Shown here piece by piece: positions 1-9,841 of a DNA stretch of 64,000 nt. Position 1 is the stretch's first letter. Each line of letters begins with the position of its first letter. The position numbers and the translations under genes were made by a program. The notes beneath the pieces were generated by a model. The model worked only from the letters and a program-made list of their open reading frames with translations, ran no database searches and was not told the origin of the DNA. Source of the stretch: a virus; IMG/VR virus record IMGVR_UViG_3300025030_000004, positions 102,653 through 166,652 of that record, one strand, 5' to 3'.

Positions 1-296
1 AATGAATTATGTGTTATAATGTAAAAATAAATAGAACCATTTTTAAAAGTCGTTCCGTCAGGTTTATACCCAAATTTCATTGTTATGAATGTTTTTGCTT
101 CTGTTTGAACCGTGGGGACAAAGCGGTATGGAAAAATATGTGAATAGATCAAAGATGTTGGAACAAAATCAGTTGGAATCTGCACATCTAAGAAGTTCGA
201 TTCATTATTTATAAGGCATTTAATTATTCTTTCGTCCTCAATTAATTTCATTAAAATAGTTAATTTGTTAGTGCCAAGTTCTGCGAATCTATTCAT
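1..296 (-). CDS. Partial virion neck/tail-completion protein (runs off window)
   Basis: ATG at 296 after GAGGTGG SD; open to window edge (MNRFAELGTNKL...); position downstream of head genes. Confidence 0.55.
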   Translation of the reverse strand, partial: MNRFAELGTNKLTILMKLIEDERIIKCLINNESNFLDVQIPTDFVPTSLIYSHIFPYRFVPTVQTEAKTFITMKFGYKPDGTTFKNGSIYFYIITHNS

Positions 297-333
297 TTAA
301 TAAATATACACCACCTCTAAACAAATTTTATTT

Positions 334-1353
334 TTATAAAGCAATAGACATCACATCCTCTAAGGACTTCAAATACTCTTCAAGAATCTCCTCAATATTA
401 TCAAAATCCCAATACCATATTTCAAGAAAGTTATATCCGTTTAGTAAGACATATTCTTTCTTACGTCTGTCGTGTTCAACCTGTCTTTCAAAATCTTTTA
501 CTGATTTATGAAAACCTTTAATATACTTTTCATGTTGTTCACCTTGATATTCAATAAGTAGGTTATATTTTTGTAAATAAAAATCGTAAGATAATAAACC
601 TCCACCAAGCCCTGTAAGACTATCAAACGTTTTTTGAGATATGTAAGAAATACTTTTTAAATCAAAAACTCTTTTACATTCTTTTTCTCCTTTGCTTTTA
701 GAACATTCAGGGCAACCACGACCTAATCCATGTCTGTTTGAGATATCTGCCTTCCACTCATGATCACATTCTCTACACTTCCACCAAACATTTTTATTAC
801 TACCACTTGTAACATCATAAGATGTTAAATCACCATTCTTTGTTGGATGCCACTCTTTGGTTAATTCAGGATTTTTAGTTGCTAAACAGTTAGATATACC
901 TACTCTTTCTCCTGCACAATAAGGACAATTATGACCACGATGAATGTGATTCCAATTCATAGTAAACGTTTCTTGACATTCCTCTTTTGAACATTTAAAT
1001 ATTAAATCCTTATGTGCATCTATATATTTTTCACTAATTATTTCAAAATATTTATTATTTAATTTAAGCCATAATTTAATATTTTGAATAGAGTATGGAT
1101 TATTTTTATTAACAATATCTGGTTTATGATTTCTAATTAAATTAGTAAAAATAGTATAATAGTAATAACCATGATTGTCTTTTATAATTAGCTTATCCTT
1201 ATTGCCATTATAAGTTTCACTTATTAATATATAACCTAAATCTTTAATTACTTGTTTGATATAATTATAAGAATGTTTTACATAAAATATTTTACTCTCC
1301 TCCTCATTTCTATATTTAGACATAGAAAAAAGAAGGATAGCGGTGTGTCTCAC
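334..1353 (-). CDS. Zinc-ribbon + PD-(D/E)xK (Vsr/DUF2726-like) free-standing endonuclease
   Basis: CPYC/CREC/CPEC zinc ribbons, 'EWHPTKNG..SGSNKNVWWKC', C-terminal SKGE..YDFYL..IEYQGEQH; true start probably near the GAGGAGG SD at ~1300. Confidence 0.8.
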   Translation of the reverse strand: MRHTAILLFSMSKYRNEEESKIFYVKHSYNYIKQVIKDLGYILISETYNGNKDKLIIKDNHGYYYYTIFTNLIRNHKPDIVNKNNPYSIQNIKLWLKLNNKYFEIISEKYIDAHKDLIFKCSKEECQETFTMNWNHIHRGHNCPYCAGERVGISNCLATKNPELTKEWHPTKNGDLTSYDVTSGSNKNVWWKCRECDHEWKADISNRHGLGRGCPECSKSKGEKECKRVFDLKSISYISQKTFDSLTGLGGGLLSYDFYLQKYNLLIEYQGEQHEKYIKGFHKSVKDFERQVEHDRRKKEYVLLNGYNFLEIWYWDFDNIEEILEEYLKSLEDVMSIAL

Positions 1354-1391
1354 GACATGACATATCCTCCAAAATTATCGATTATATTTAA

Positions 1392-2594
1392 TTAAAAAAT
1401 ACTCTTAATCTGTACATTATGCTCGTCAAATACACTCGAATCATCACTCTTACTAGCTCTAATAACCACGAATTTATTGACATAGCTTGAATTATTCGCC
1501 GCTTTCAAAATAATATTACTGCCATCCTGACTTACAACACTTACATACTCATTACTAGAACCGTCTTGATTGAATACGCTCCATAAAACACTCTTAGTTA
1601 AATCCACAATTCCATTATTCAGCACACTCGCCGTAAGTGTAATAGAATTGTTTAATTTTACAGTTGTCGCTCCACTGATAGAAACAGTATAATTATCAAC
1701 AACTGAGACTTCTTCAACAGTAATTGAGATAGAATCGCTAACGCTAGAATCAGATGCTAATGAAACTGTAATGGTTGAATTGCCAATTGCTACAGGAGTT
1801 ATCAACCCATTATTAACTGTTGCAACCAACTCATTACTAGACGCATACGTTAACCGTAGATTACTTGAGAGAACTACATCATCTTTTAACGTATGTACAT
1901 TTAATTGTACTGGTGTAACTATATTGGTTGACAAACTTTCACCATTCAATATTTCAACACTAAATACGGGAAATATTTGCTCAACCTCACTGTATGACAT
2001 TTTAAATATAATTAATCCAACGCTTGAAATATCATCGCCAACTCCAGAAATTGAATAATGCTGCAATCCAATTTTAAATACATCCCCAGACTTTATTTGC
2101 CGAGTTACTGAGGTATTTGGCACAGTCAATGGCACTTCATTTGATGCTGTAGAAATGTATTTATTTGAATCCACTCCAATTGTAATATCGCCAATAATAC
2201 AAGGAATCTCATTTAAAACTGAGCTTTCATCGTAGAATTTTAAAATATTATCAGCTCTTTCAACCGTACAATCATTTACCCCTACACTCAAATTATCTGT
2301 TTGAGTGCATAACCATTTACACTCTTGGAACTCAAAGACATCTCCAATACTGGGTTTTTGAGTTAATTCTTTAAAAATAACTTGACGATATTTATCTCTA
2401 TCGCGATATAAGTTAGTTTCTAGAATTTTTGATGTAACTCTTGCTACTATATCTATACCATTCCATTTAACAGTTAAAATATTAGGGGCATTGTCAAACT
2501 GCTCATTAACTACTGCTTGAAAATCATCTAAATATATTTGCTGTGCAGATGATGGAGCAATAGGTAAATATGCAGAATAATACTTAAGCACCAT
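1392..2594 (-). CDS. Head-closure/neck protein with C-terminal Ig-like domains
   Basis: 'YASSNELVATVNNGLITPVAIGNSTITV' Big_2-like signature; position in head-tail module. Confidence 0.65.
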   Translation of the reverse strand: MVLKYYSAYLPIAPSSAQQIYLDDFQAVVNEQFDNAPNILTVKWNGIDIVARVTSKILETNLYRDRDKYRQVIFKELTQKPSIGDVFEFQECKWLCTQTDNLSVGVNDCTVERADNILKFYDESSVLNEIPCIIGDITIGVDSNKYISTASNEVPLTVPNTSVTRQIKSGDVFKIGLQHYSISGVGDDISSVGLIIFKMSYSEVEQIFPVFSVEILNGESLSTNIVTPVQLNVHTLKDDVVLSSNLRLTYASSNELVATVNNGLITPVAIGNSTITVSLASDSSVSDSISITVEEVSVVDNYTVSISGATTVKLNNSITLTASVLNNGIVDLTKSVLWSVFNQDGSSNEYVSVVSQDGSNIILKAANNSSYVNKFVVIRASKSDDSSVFDEHNVQIKSIF

Positions 2595-2623
2595 TGCCCA
2601 TCATCTCCTTTTTTAATGTTGTA

Positions 2624-3085
2624 TTAAACATAATTACCACTATTCCAAGATGTCCAGTCGGTATTCTTTAAGCTATATTTTGTGATATTTTGATTTACTC
2701 TTTCGATTAGTATATTTTGAACATTTATTTTTTCTTTTAAATTATTTGCGTTGGAATACATTTTAAAATCTGCATCTGAGAGGAAATTGTTAAGTTGTGT
2801 TACATCAAGTATTTTAGTTGTCATCCATTGAATAACGGTTAAATCACTTAAAATAACTTTTTCTGACAATGTTAAAACGGATGCAAACACATTATTTATT
2901 AAGTCTACATCTTCTAAATTTTGTTTACATTCATACAAAAAATTTGGTATACTTTTTACAACATACCCCGCCATTAAAGTTTTGAAATCTGGTATAGAAA
3001 TACTATATAATTGATCAAGCTTATAATCTTTAAAAGAAATTAATGCTAAATCTATTATTTCGTCAAATGAAGTGCCAATTTCCAC
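2624..3085 (-). CDS. Head-tail adaptor protein (YomZ-like)
   Basis: Size, synteny after capsid, 'GTSFDEI..F' N-terminus. Confidence 0.55.
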   Translation of the reverse strand: MEIGTSFDEIIDLALISFKDYKLDQLYSISIPDFKTLMAGYVVKSIPNFLYECKQNLEDVDLINNVFASVLTLSEKVILSDLTVIQWMTTKILDVTQLNNFLSDADFKMYSNANNLKEKINVQNILIERVNQNITKYSLKNTDWTSWNSGNYV

Positions 3086-3092
3086 TCACCAC

Positions 3093-3782
3093 CTAACTTA
3101 CTTGGACTTGTTTGTAATCTTCTGCCATATCTACAATATTTTTACCATACAATTTACTCAAAGCATTTACTTTATTTAAATCGATATCTTCTTCATTTGC
3201 TATTTTACGCGCAAGAATAGAGGCAACTTGTTCTTTTTGCATTTCAGTAGAATTTTTAAATAATTCATCCATATCTTGACGATTATAATCTAAAAGATTA
3301 TCAATAATTTCCTTAGAAAGAAGTTTTTGATAAGCGTCTGTTAATCCATGGTTTGAAACCACATTATCGTTGCAAATGTACAATAGACCCTTTTCCGCAA
3401 AACCAAATTGATAATGGAGAATTTCGGCTAAATCAGAATAGACTATATTCTTCATTTCACCAAACTTTTCAAATCTGTATGGTTTTCCATTTCCATATGA
3501 GCCAGCAACTAGAATTAAAACACCATCAAAAAGAGAGACTACTTTAATTCGCGTGTTAGGATGTACTTCTACGTACTCTTCAATAGGCAGAGGTTTGGTT
3601 GGGAAAGAAGGGGAGCTTACTTTTACTTCAGGTTGTTTTTGTTGTGAAGCAATAAATGATTTCATTAAAGATTTAAGTTCACTAAGTTCAAATTCCAGTT
3701 CCTCGTAAGATTTTTGTTTTGATTGTTCCTGTTCTAGTTGAGTAGTTTTTTGCACTTCTTGTTTTTTAGGTCTACCTGCCAT
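3093..3782 (-). CDS. YonA-like virion-module protein
   Basis: Directly downstream of capsid; N-terminal coiled coil; 'YRFEKFGEMKNI' motif. Confidence 0.5.
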   Translation of the reverse strand: MAGRPKKQEVQKTTQLEQEQSKQKSYEELEFELSELKSLMKSFIASQQKQPEVKVSSPSFPTKPLPIEEYVEVHPNTRIKVVSLFDGVLILVAGSYGNGKPYRFEKFGEMKNIVYSDLAEILHYQFGFAEKGLLYICNDNVVSNHGLTDAYQKLLSKEIIDNLLDYNRQDMDELFKNSTEMQKEQVASILARKIANEEDIDLNKVNALSKLYGKNIVDMAEDYKQVQVS

Positions 3783-3874
3783 ATTTTATTTTTCCTTTCA
3801 TTCTTGTGTAGGTAAAGGAGATATAGTAGTAAAACTAACCGTATCTCCTTTAAAATTATTATATTTGCTTATTA

Positions 3875-4975
3875 CTAGGACAGAGTGATCAAACCTGCAA
3901 TTGAATTAGTAGCTACCGCAGCTTTCCAATTCTTTTTCAAAGTTGTGGTTTGAGTTAGGTTTGCATTAGCATAGGTGTCAGAGCTTACTGCGGTTGTGGA
4001 ACCTTCGATTGCCAATTTTACAAGTTTTTGACTGGAAGGGGATAAAACGTAGACACGAGTGTCATCCAAGAACAAAGAGAAGGGGGTTTTCCAGTCAGCA
4101 ATTTGAGGTAAAACAAGTGCATCATAACCAGCAAAGTTCCTCACGTATCCAAGTTTTACGTATTCTGAATCAAGAGTATAGCGATAATTACTGTCGGCAG
4201 GAAGCACATTTTGCAAAGCAAGCTGGGTACCCAAAATTACCGCCTTGGCACCTTGATTAAAAGCCGTCACTTTTTGGCACAAATTAACTAAAGCACTTTG
4301 AGTATATCCAGCAACTTTTAAGCCTGTGGCACCAGTGGAAAGATTTCCCATAGCAGTATTGAATGCATTATAGCAGTCATAAGTAGCTTCGGTCTCGATG
4401 GAACGTACTGCTTTTGTAACAAACTGAGCCAAGTTTTCCTCACCAGAAAGAACACGATAAAGAGAAACTTGAACAGTAACATCATGTTCTTCGGGGATGA
4501 GAGTTACTTGACCGTCAAATTGTTTATGCACTTCTGAAGTGCGCTTTCCACGTCCACCCTTAGAAACTACAAATAAATCGCGAGGTTTTACCCTAAAACT
4601 AAAAGAATCGCCATATCCACCTGTAACAATATCCGTATAAATACCAATGCTATCAATTAAAGTATCTGGCAAGATGGTATCCACCAAAGAGTTTATTACT
4701 GCAAAAGTTGCCCATTTAAGATTCGGATTGGAAACCCAAACTTCCATAGGGAATGCAGAAAAATCGGTTACTTGAGCATGACGAGCAATTTCATTCAAAA
4801 GAGCCTTGTGTATTTTGGTACTTTTCTCGTCAAAAGAAATGGTGGTATCAAATTGAAGATGTTTTTCAGTTAATTTATTTTCAACCCTATATTGGTTGTA
4901 ATAATCGATAAATGCTTCATAAATTTCAGTTTTTCCTTGTGCAAAGTTAAGCACACTAGATGGTAATTTAATCAT
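3875..4975 (-). CDS. Major capsid protein (YonB-like)
   Basis: 366 aa, synteny after protease and decoration genes, strong AGGAGG SD. Confidence 0.8.
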   Translation of the reverse strand: MIKLPSSVLNFAQGKTEIYEAFIDYYNQYRVENKLTEKHLQFDTTISFDEKSTKIHKALLNEIARHAQVTDFSAFPMEVWVSNPNLKWATFAVINSLVDTILPDTLIDSIGIYTDIVTGGYGDSFSFRVKPRDLFVVSKGGRGKRTSEVHKQFDGQVTLIPEEHDVTVQVSLYRVLSGEENLAQFVTKAVRSIETEATYDCYNAFNTAMGNLSTGATGLKVAGYTQSALVNLCQKVTAFNQGAKAVILGTQLALQNVLPADSNYRYTLDSEYVKLGYVRNFAGYDALVLPQIADWKTPFSLFLDDTRVYVLSPSSQKLVKLAIEGSTTAVSSDTYANANLTQTTTLKKNWKAAVATNSIAGLITLS

Positions 4976-5009
4976 AATGTTTAAATCCTCCTTATATTAT
5001 ATTTATTTA

Positions 5010-5552
5010 TTAGGAATTAGCAGAAGCCGCCCATGCCAGTGTATATGCTCCATTAGTAGCAACAACAAAGGTATTAGTACTCTTAGTACCAGTTAGACCA
5101 TCAGCAGTAACAGTTAAAATATCGCCATCAATGGGTTTAAAAGCACTAAATACATCACCTTGAAGATTAGTGAAATTTCTTACGTCATGGTCGATACCTT
5201 TGAATTTATTACTTCCAGAAATAGTTACAACTACTTCAGGCTCGTAAGCCATCCAAAGATTAGAACTATTGTCTACAACTTCAAATTCATATGCAGTTAC
5301 GCGCTGATTGCCAATAGAACCATCAGCAATAGAAATATAAGTAGTGTTGAGTAATCTAAGAGAAAACTTCAGTGCTCCAGTGGCAGGTTGAGTAGCCAAC
5401 CATACTTCACCTTCACCTGTGGCTGAAGATTTTGAAGCCAAATAAAAGATATTACCATTGTCAATATCGGCACTTGCCGATTTAGCAAACCTATTAAGAG
5501 AATCGAGTTGAGTTGCTTGAGCAACGTTTTGGATTAATACGGCGTGAGACAT
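5010..5552 (-). CDS. Capsid decoration/cement protein (YonC-like)
   Basis: 'DIDNG' motif, Ala/Thr/Gly-rich beta composition, immediately upstream of capsid. Confidence 0.6.
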   Translation of the reverse strand: MSHAVLIQNVAQATQLDSLNRFAKSASADIDNGNIFYLASKSSATGEGEVWLATQPATGALKFSLRLLNTTYISIADGSIGNQRVTAYEFEVVDNSSNLWMAYEPEVVVTISGSNKFKGIDHDVRNFTNLQGDVFSAFKPIDGDILTVTADGLTGTKSTNTFVVATNGAYTLAWAASANS

Positions 5553-5580
5553 TATTCATTACCTCCATTTTTTTATTTAT

Positions 5581-5907
5581 TTAAAATACTATAAAATTGA
5601 TTATGTCCCCGGTAGTTAAGATATAGTCCGTCGAATTTGTTGCCACAACAAGATTAGTTGTAGACGCAGATAAGGCTGCTTTATTTGTTACATCTTTGCC
5701 TGCGCGCAAAATATTGACCACAAAACCTGTCACAGTTTTCCCAACTGGAATACTAACAGTGGTAGCGGTTTGATCAGCAGACACCGCAGTATAAGTGCCA
5801 GTAATTATTGCATTTTGCAAATTCTGAATTGCATCACCTAAAGTTGCTTTATTAGCACTTATACACATATTATTTAATTGTTTTTTTTGAGCATCAGTAA
5901 TAGCCAT
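5581..5907 (-). CDS. Small structural protein (possible head fibre/decoration)
   Basis: Thr/Ala-rich, ends 'LTTGDIINFIVF', lies in head operon. Confidence 0.45.
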   Translation of the reverse strand: MAITDAQKKQLNNMCISANKATLGDAIQNLQNAIITGTYTAVSADQTATTVSIPVGKTVTGFVVNILRAGKDVTNKAALSASTTNLVVATNSTDYILTTGDIINFIVF

Positions 5908-5933
5908 AATTTAATTCACCTACTTTCTAAAAG

Positions 5934-7433
5934 TTAACTACCAATCTTATTCCAAATACTTCCTGATTGGTTCTTTTCTTCAACAAATGGTAATCCAATT
6001 CTTACAAATCCAACATCATTTGATTTACCTTTAGAAAAACTAAATGCTTCTGCTTTTACTTTATTGACCCAAATATTAAGATTATCAGCAGAGAAAGTTT
6101 TTGCTTCTTCGCGTAATTCTTCCATTTTTTCTTTTGGCATAGATTCCATAACTTCTGAAAGTGTATATTCAATCGTAGCCATCATTTGGTTTGCCTCAAT
6201 ATCAGCTTTGAATTTTTTAAGATCCTCATTTTCAGCCATATAAACTGCCATTTTTTCTTCCATATGAGATTTCATTTCATCCATTTGTTTTTGCATTTCA
6301 TCCATTTTGGATTTCATTTTACTCATATGGGATTTCATTTCTTCTTCTGACATCATCATGGGCATATCTTTATCTTCTGGCATTTTGTCTTCTTGCATCA
6401 TCATTGGCTTGTCGTCTTTTTTCATATCATCTTCGGAATGTTCTTCCTTAGACATTTTTTCCTTGCCTTCTTCTGTAAGTTCTTGATTTTGCTCTGCTTG
6501 TTTTTCATTGAGTTCTGCCTGTGCAGTTGCAGATGTATTTTCATCAGATGTCATATTTTCTTGTTCTATTTCAGGTTTTTTCATTTCTTTTTCAATCACT
6601 ATATCTTCCTCCTTTTTCATTTCTTCTACTTGTGGATTTATAATATTTTCTGCCCATTCCAAAGACTCGAGTCCGCCCAATAAATATTGAGCAGTTTCGG
6701 TTTTTGTTTTGGCTGAAAATTTTATTATATTATGCAGTAAATCTAAACTTGCAAATTCATTATTTATTAATTGATTTGCAATTGAAATATTTACAGCAGT
6801 AATCCCTTTAGGATTGATTTCTTTAAGAGAAATTCCTTTTTCGGCATTTTGTTTGACGATGGGCGGGATTTCATAATTAAGGAGAATAGAATCAAAATTC
6901 ATAAGTTTTTTAACTTCCTCTACTACAGCAGAAAAAGATAAAACCTCAACTCTAGCATTGGGAATTGCAGGAGTCGTTCCAATTAAAGTAATCCCACTAA
7001 ATGAAAATAATTCAATAGAATCGTTTTCTCCAGATTCTAAGACGACTATTTCCATACTTAAGTTTTTAATTTGATCTCTATCTAAAACAAAAGCAACGTC
7101 TTTTGCGTATCTGCACCATATAATTCCATCTGCACAGAGCCATCTTTTTCCTTCTTCATCTGTTTCATAAAAAATATCACTATCAGATAAAATTACTCCA
7201 ACTGCAATTTCATCAAATTCATGACCCATTAAATCTTTATTATAGCGATCATATTTTGCTACAATTGGTTTTCCTACTAAAGTTGGTCTTGCTTTTTCAA
7301 TGCATTCCCATGAAATTGGCTTCTGGTGCTGATTATCACCTTCTGATACTATCCATAGACGAACTTTCATAAGTTCGCTATTTGATACTTCCATTAAATC
7401 AAACTTGCTTATTGCAAATGATAGCTTATTCAT
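5934..7433 (-). CDS. Prohead protease-scaffold fusion (YonD-like)
   Basis: N-terminal 'PTLVGKPIV..GHE..G.IW.RY..LSMEI..FSGITLIG..PAI' protease-like domain, acidic/Met-rich linker, C-terminal coiled coil. Confidence 0.75.
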   Translation of the reverse strand: MNKLSFAISKFDLMEVSNSELMKVRLWIVSEGDNQHQKPISWECIEKARPTLVGKPIVAKYDRYNKDLMGHEFDEIAVGVILSDSDIFYETDEEGKRWLCADGIIWCRYAKDVAFVLDRDQIKNLSMEIVVLESGENDSIELFSFSGITLIGTTPAIPNARVEVLSFSAVVEEVKKLMNFDSILLNYEIPPIVKQNAEKGISLKEINPKGITAVNISIANQLINNEFASLDLLHNIIKFSAKTKTETAQYLLGGLESLEWAENIINPQVEEMKKEEDIVIEKEMKKPEIEQENMTSDENTSATAQAELNEKQAEQNQELTEEGKEKMSKEEHSEDDMKKDDKPMMMQEDKMPEDKDMPMMMSEEEMKSHMSKMKSKMDEMQKQMDEMKSHMEEKMAVYMAENEDLKKFKADIEANQMMATIEYTLSEVMESMPKEKMEELREEAKTFSADNLNIWVNKVKAEAFSFSKGKSNDVGFVRIGLPFVEEKNQSGSIWNKIGS

Positions 7434-7462
7434 TTTTCACCTCCCTTCTAAAATAAAAGTGA

Positions 7463-7654
7463 TTAAACCAACCACTTAATCCAAATTGGAGCAAAATTTA
7501 TCATTTGTTGAAATTCTCTAGTGTTACTAAAATAATAAAAACCACTTTCATCTTGAGATAAAAGTGGAATGTTATTTTTAATTATGTAATTTTTGAGTAT
7601 AGTTGATTTTGTTTTGTATGTATTAAAGAGAGAAGAGGGATTAGTGATAAACAA
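7463..7654 (-). CDS. Small DUF5659-like protein
   Basis: 63 aa; resembles the 30290-30523 product. Confidence 0.4.
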   Translation of the reverse strand: MFITNPSSLFNTYKTKSTILKNYIIKNNIPLLSQDESGFYYFSNTREFQQMINFAPIWIKWLV

Positions 7655-8146
7655 TTATAAATCACCCCATAAACTAAACTTAATTTTATTAATTCTAGAG
7701 AATAATTCAATGCTAAAAGATTTATTTTCTTTTAATTCTTTTCCAAACCAATCAGGGATAATAAAATTATTCATAGATTCTTCATTTGAAAATTCTACTT
7801 CAACTATTTTGTCTCCCGTATCAAGAAAATTATCAATCTCTGCAATTAAATTGTCATCTAATTCAACAATTGTACGCTCTTTTATAATTGGTTTTTTATT
7901 AATTACTTCAAAAATCCTATCATATCTTTCTCTGCTAATACGATGCTCTAATTCTTCCCTAGTATTATCTTTAAGTTGATATTTAACTGTATGATAATAA
8001 GTATCTTTATTATCTGAATCAGTAATTTTACGAACTCTAACGTCAGGAGAAAAATTAGCATATGTCTGAGTGATTGTAAATTTATCTTTTACTTGAGAGG
8101 AAGGAGGATCTGATTTTAGTTTCCACCGTTTTTCACGTTCAATCAC
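7655..8146 (-). CDS. CYTH (triphosphate tunnel metalloenzyme) domain protein
   Basis: N-terminal ExEKRW, 'ITQTY', 'RVRK', 'REELE', 'VEVEF', 'PDWFGKE'. Confidence 0.8.
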   Translation of the reverse strand: MIEREKRWKLKSDPPSSQVKDKFTITQTYANFSPDVRVRKITDSDNKDTYYHTVKYQLKDNTREELEHRISRERYDRIFEVINKKPIIKERTIVELDDNLIAEIDNFLDTGDKIVEVEFSNEESMNNFIIPDWFGKELKENKSFSIELFSRINKIKFSLWGDL

Positions 8147-8218
8147 GCAGATAATTCACCTACTTTTTCTAAATATGACATAATAAAATCATTTAGTTTA
8201 TCCATAACTCCTAGTAGA

Positions 8219-9808
8219 TTATTTTTTCATTTCATTAGATGATGCATCTCTTGTAATTACTCCTGCGTCTCCTAATTCACCATCTGGTGTCCTTGGCCTT
8301 CCATTTTCAACATCTTTGCCACTCATTTGAGATGCTTTAATGATTGGAGTTAATCCATCTACAAACCCCTTTGCTTTACTCATTTTCATTTGATTTTGGA
8401 ATTCGAACGGACTCATCCCCAATGAAGCACTAATTTTCTGAGGCAAGACTATCCCATAGTCTGCCAATTTTAGAGCGTTATCTAGTCTTTCTTTTCTGCT
8501 TGAAGGCATCTCGGTTCCTTCGAATTTCACGGAAAACTTAAATTTGCGTGTCTTTCTATTTATAAAATAATTCATAAAGTCTTCAAAATATGGATACATA
8601 AAAGTAACAACTTGTTCATCAATGGATAGACTGTTACGACTTTCTTCTGCGTTAGTACGATCTGTAGTATACAACAAACGTGAGTTATTTCCACTACTTG
8701 CAACTGCTACTTTATTATATTGATCTAATATATTATTATCAGAACCTTTAAACTCAAATGATTTAACATCCTCAAAGGGAGCGATAGCAAAATTTATCTC
8801 TTTAGCCAATCCTTGTCTAACTAAAGAGGCAAATTTTCCAGCCGTTTCAGGACTTAATTGCAAAGCATCTTTTACTGAGCCGCCTTTTGTATCTTTGTTA
8901 AATCCAATTAAACCAATCAACACTTTACTTGCTTCAATAATATATTTTGACGTTTGAAGTTTTCTGACTATTGGTCTAATTACCAATTCTGAAAACAACG
9001 GCGCGAAGAATGGAACATTTGTAGCCAGTTCAGGGTTGAACTTAAAACACCAGAATCCGTCTGCGGGGCTAGTTTGTCTCCAATAAATATAAGAAGAATT
9101 ACGATTATTAATCGAGTTATGAGGAATATATTTATTAGTATTATTTTTTAACATTCCTAAATACTGTTTTTGCATTGACTTAGGATACATTTGTATATCC
9201 ACTCCGGGTTGAGACAAAAAATAAATGTAATCAAAATCCCATAAAAACCCATAGTCCCATCTTCCTGTAATTTTACAATAATCAGCATTTAATTCCTGTA
9301 ATAAATATTGATCTCCATCTTCACGAAAAACACAAAACATAGTTTCTCTACGAATAAGTTGGCGTAGAATAGATTTGAATTCTTTTTTATAATTAAATTT
9401 TTGCAAGAAATCTTCTAATATTTTTTCGTCTTTTTTATAAGCAGGGGTTGTGTAATCCTTTTTATCTGCATTTGTACAAGTATATGTTAAATCCCACGAA
9501 AGTAAATTTCCCAAAAATTGAATTTGCCGTTTATAAAGCATATCAATCATCTCAAAATATTCAGAAAGACCTCTTAATTCTTTTTCATTTTCTTTGGGAT
9601 TTAATAAAGCTTTATCAATGATATCTTGGGTTCCTGCGATAGGGTTAAGATTTATATCTCTCATACGAGCATTTACTAGATCTGGAGTATAGATGTTGTT
9701 ATATATATTTGACATTTGTTTTGCAAAAGATACTACATCCCATGTTTCTTGTTCTGTAAGAGGGGATGGGGGAGAGGTATCTGTGTTTGAAGTTTTCTTT
9801 CTTGTCAT
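8219..9808 (-). CDS. Portal protein (YonE-like)
   Basis: 529 aa directly after terminase; C-terminal 'ENGRP' tail. Confidence 0.8.
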   Translation of the reverse strand: MTRKKTSNTDTSPPSPLTEQETWDVVSFAKQMSNIYNNIYTPDLVNARMRDINLNPIAGTQDIIDKALLNPKENEKELRGLSEYFEMIDMLYKRQIQFLGNLLSWDLTYTCTNADKKDYTTPAYKKDEKILEDFLQKFNYKKEFKSILRQLIRRETMFCVFREDGDQYLLQELNADYCKITGRWDYGFLWDFDYIYFLSQPGVDIQMYPKSMQKQYLGMLKNNTNKYIPHNSINNRNSSYIYWRQTSPADGFWCFKFNPELATNVPFFAPLFSELVIRPIVRKLQTSKYIIEASKVLIGLIGFNKDTKGGSVKDALQLSPETAGKFASLVRQGLAKEINFAIAPFEDVKSFEFKGSDNNILDQYNKVAVASSGNNSRLLYTTDRTNAEESRNSLSIDEQVVTFMYPYFEDFMNYFINRKTRKFKFSVKFEGTEMPSSRKERLDNALKLADYGIVLPQKISASLGMSPFEFQNQMKMSKAKGFVDGLTPIIKASQMSGKDVENGRPRTPDGELGDAGVITRDASSNEMKK

Positions 9809-9841
9809 TGTTTAAAGTTGCCTCCTTTCTTTGTTTTAGGT

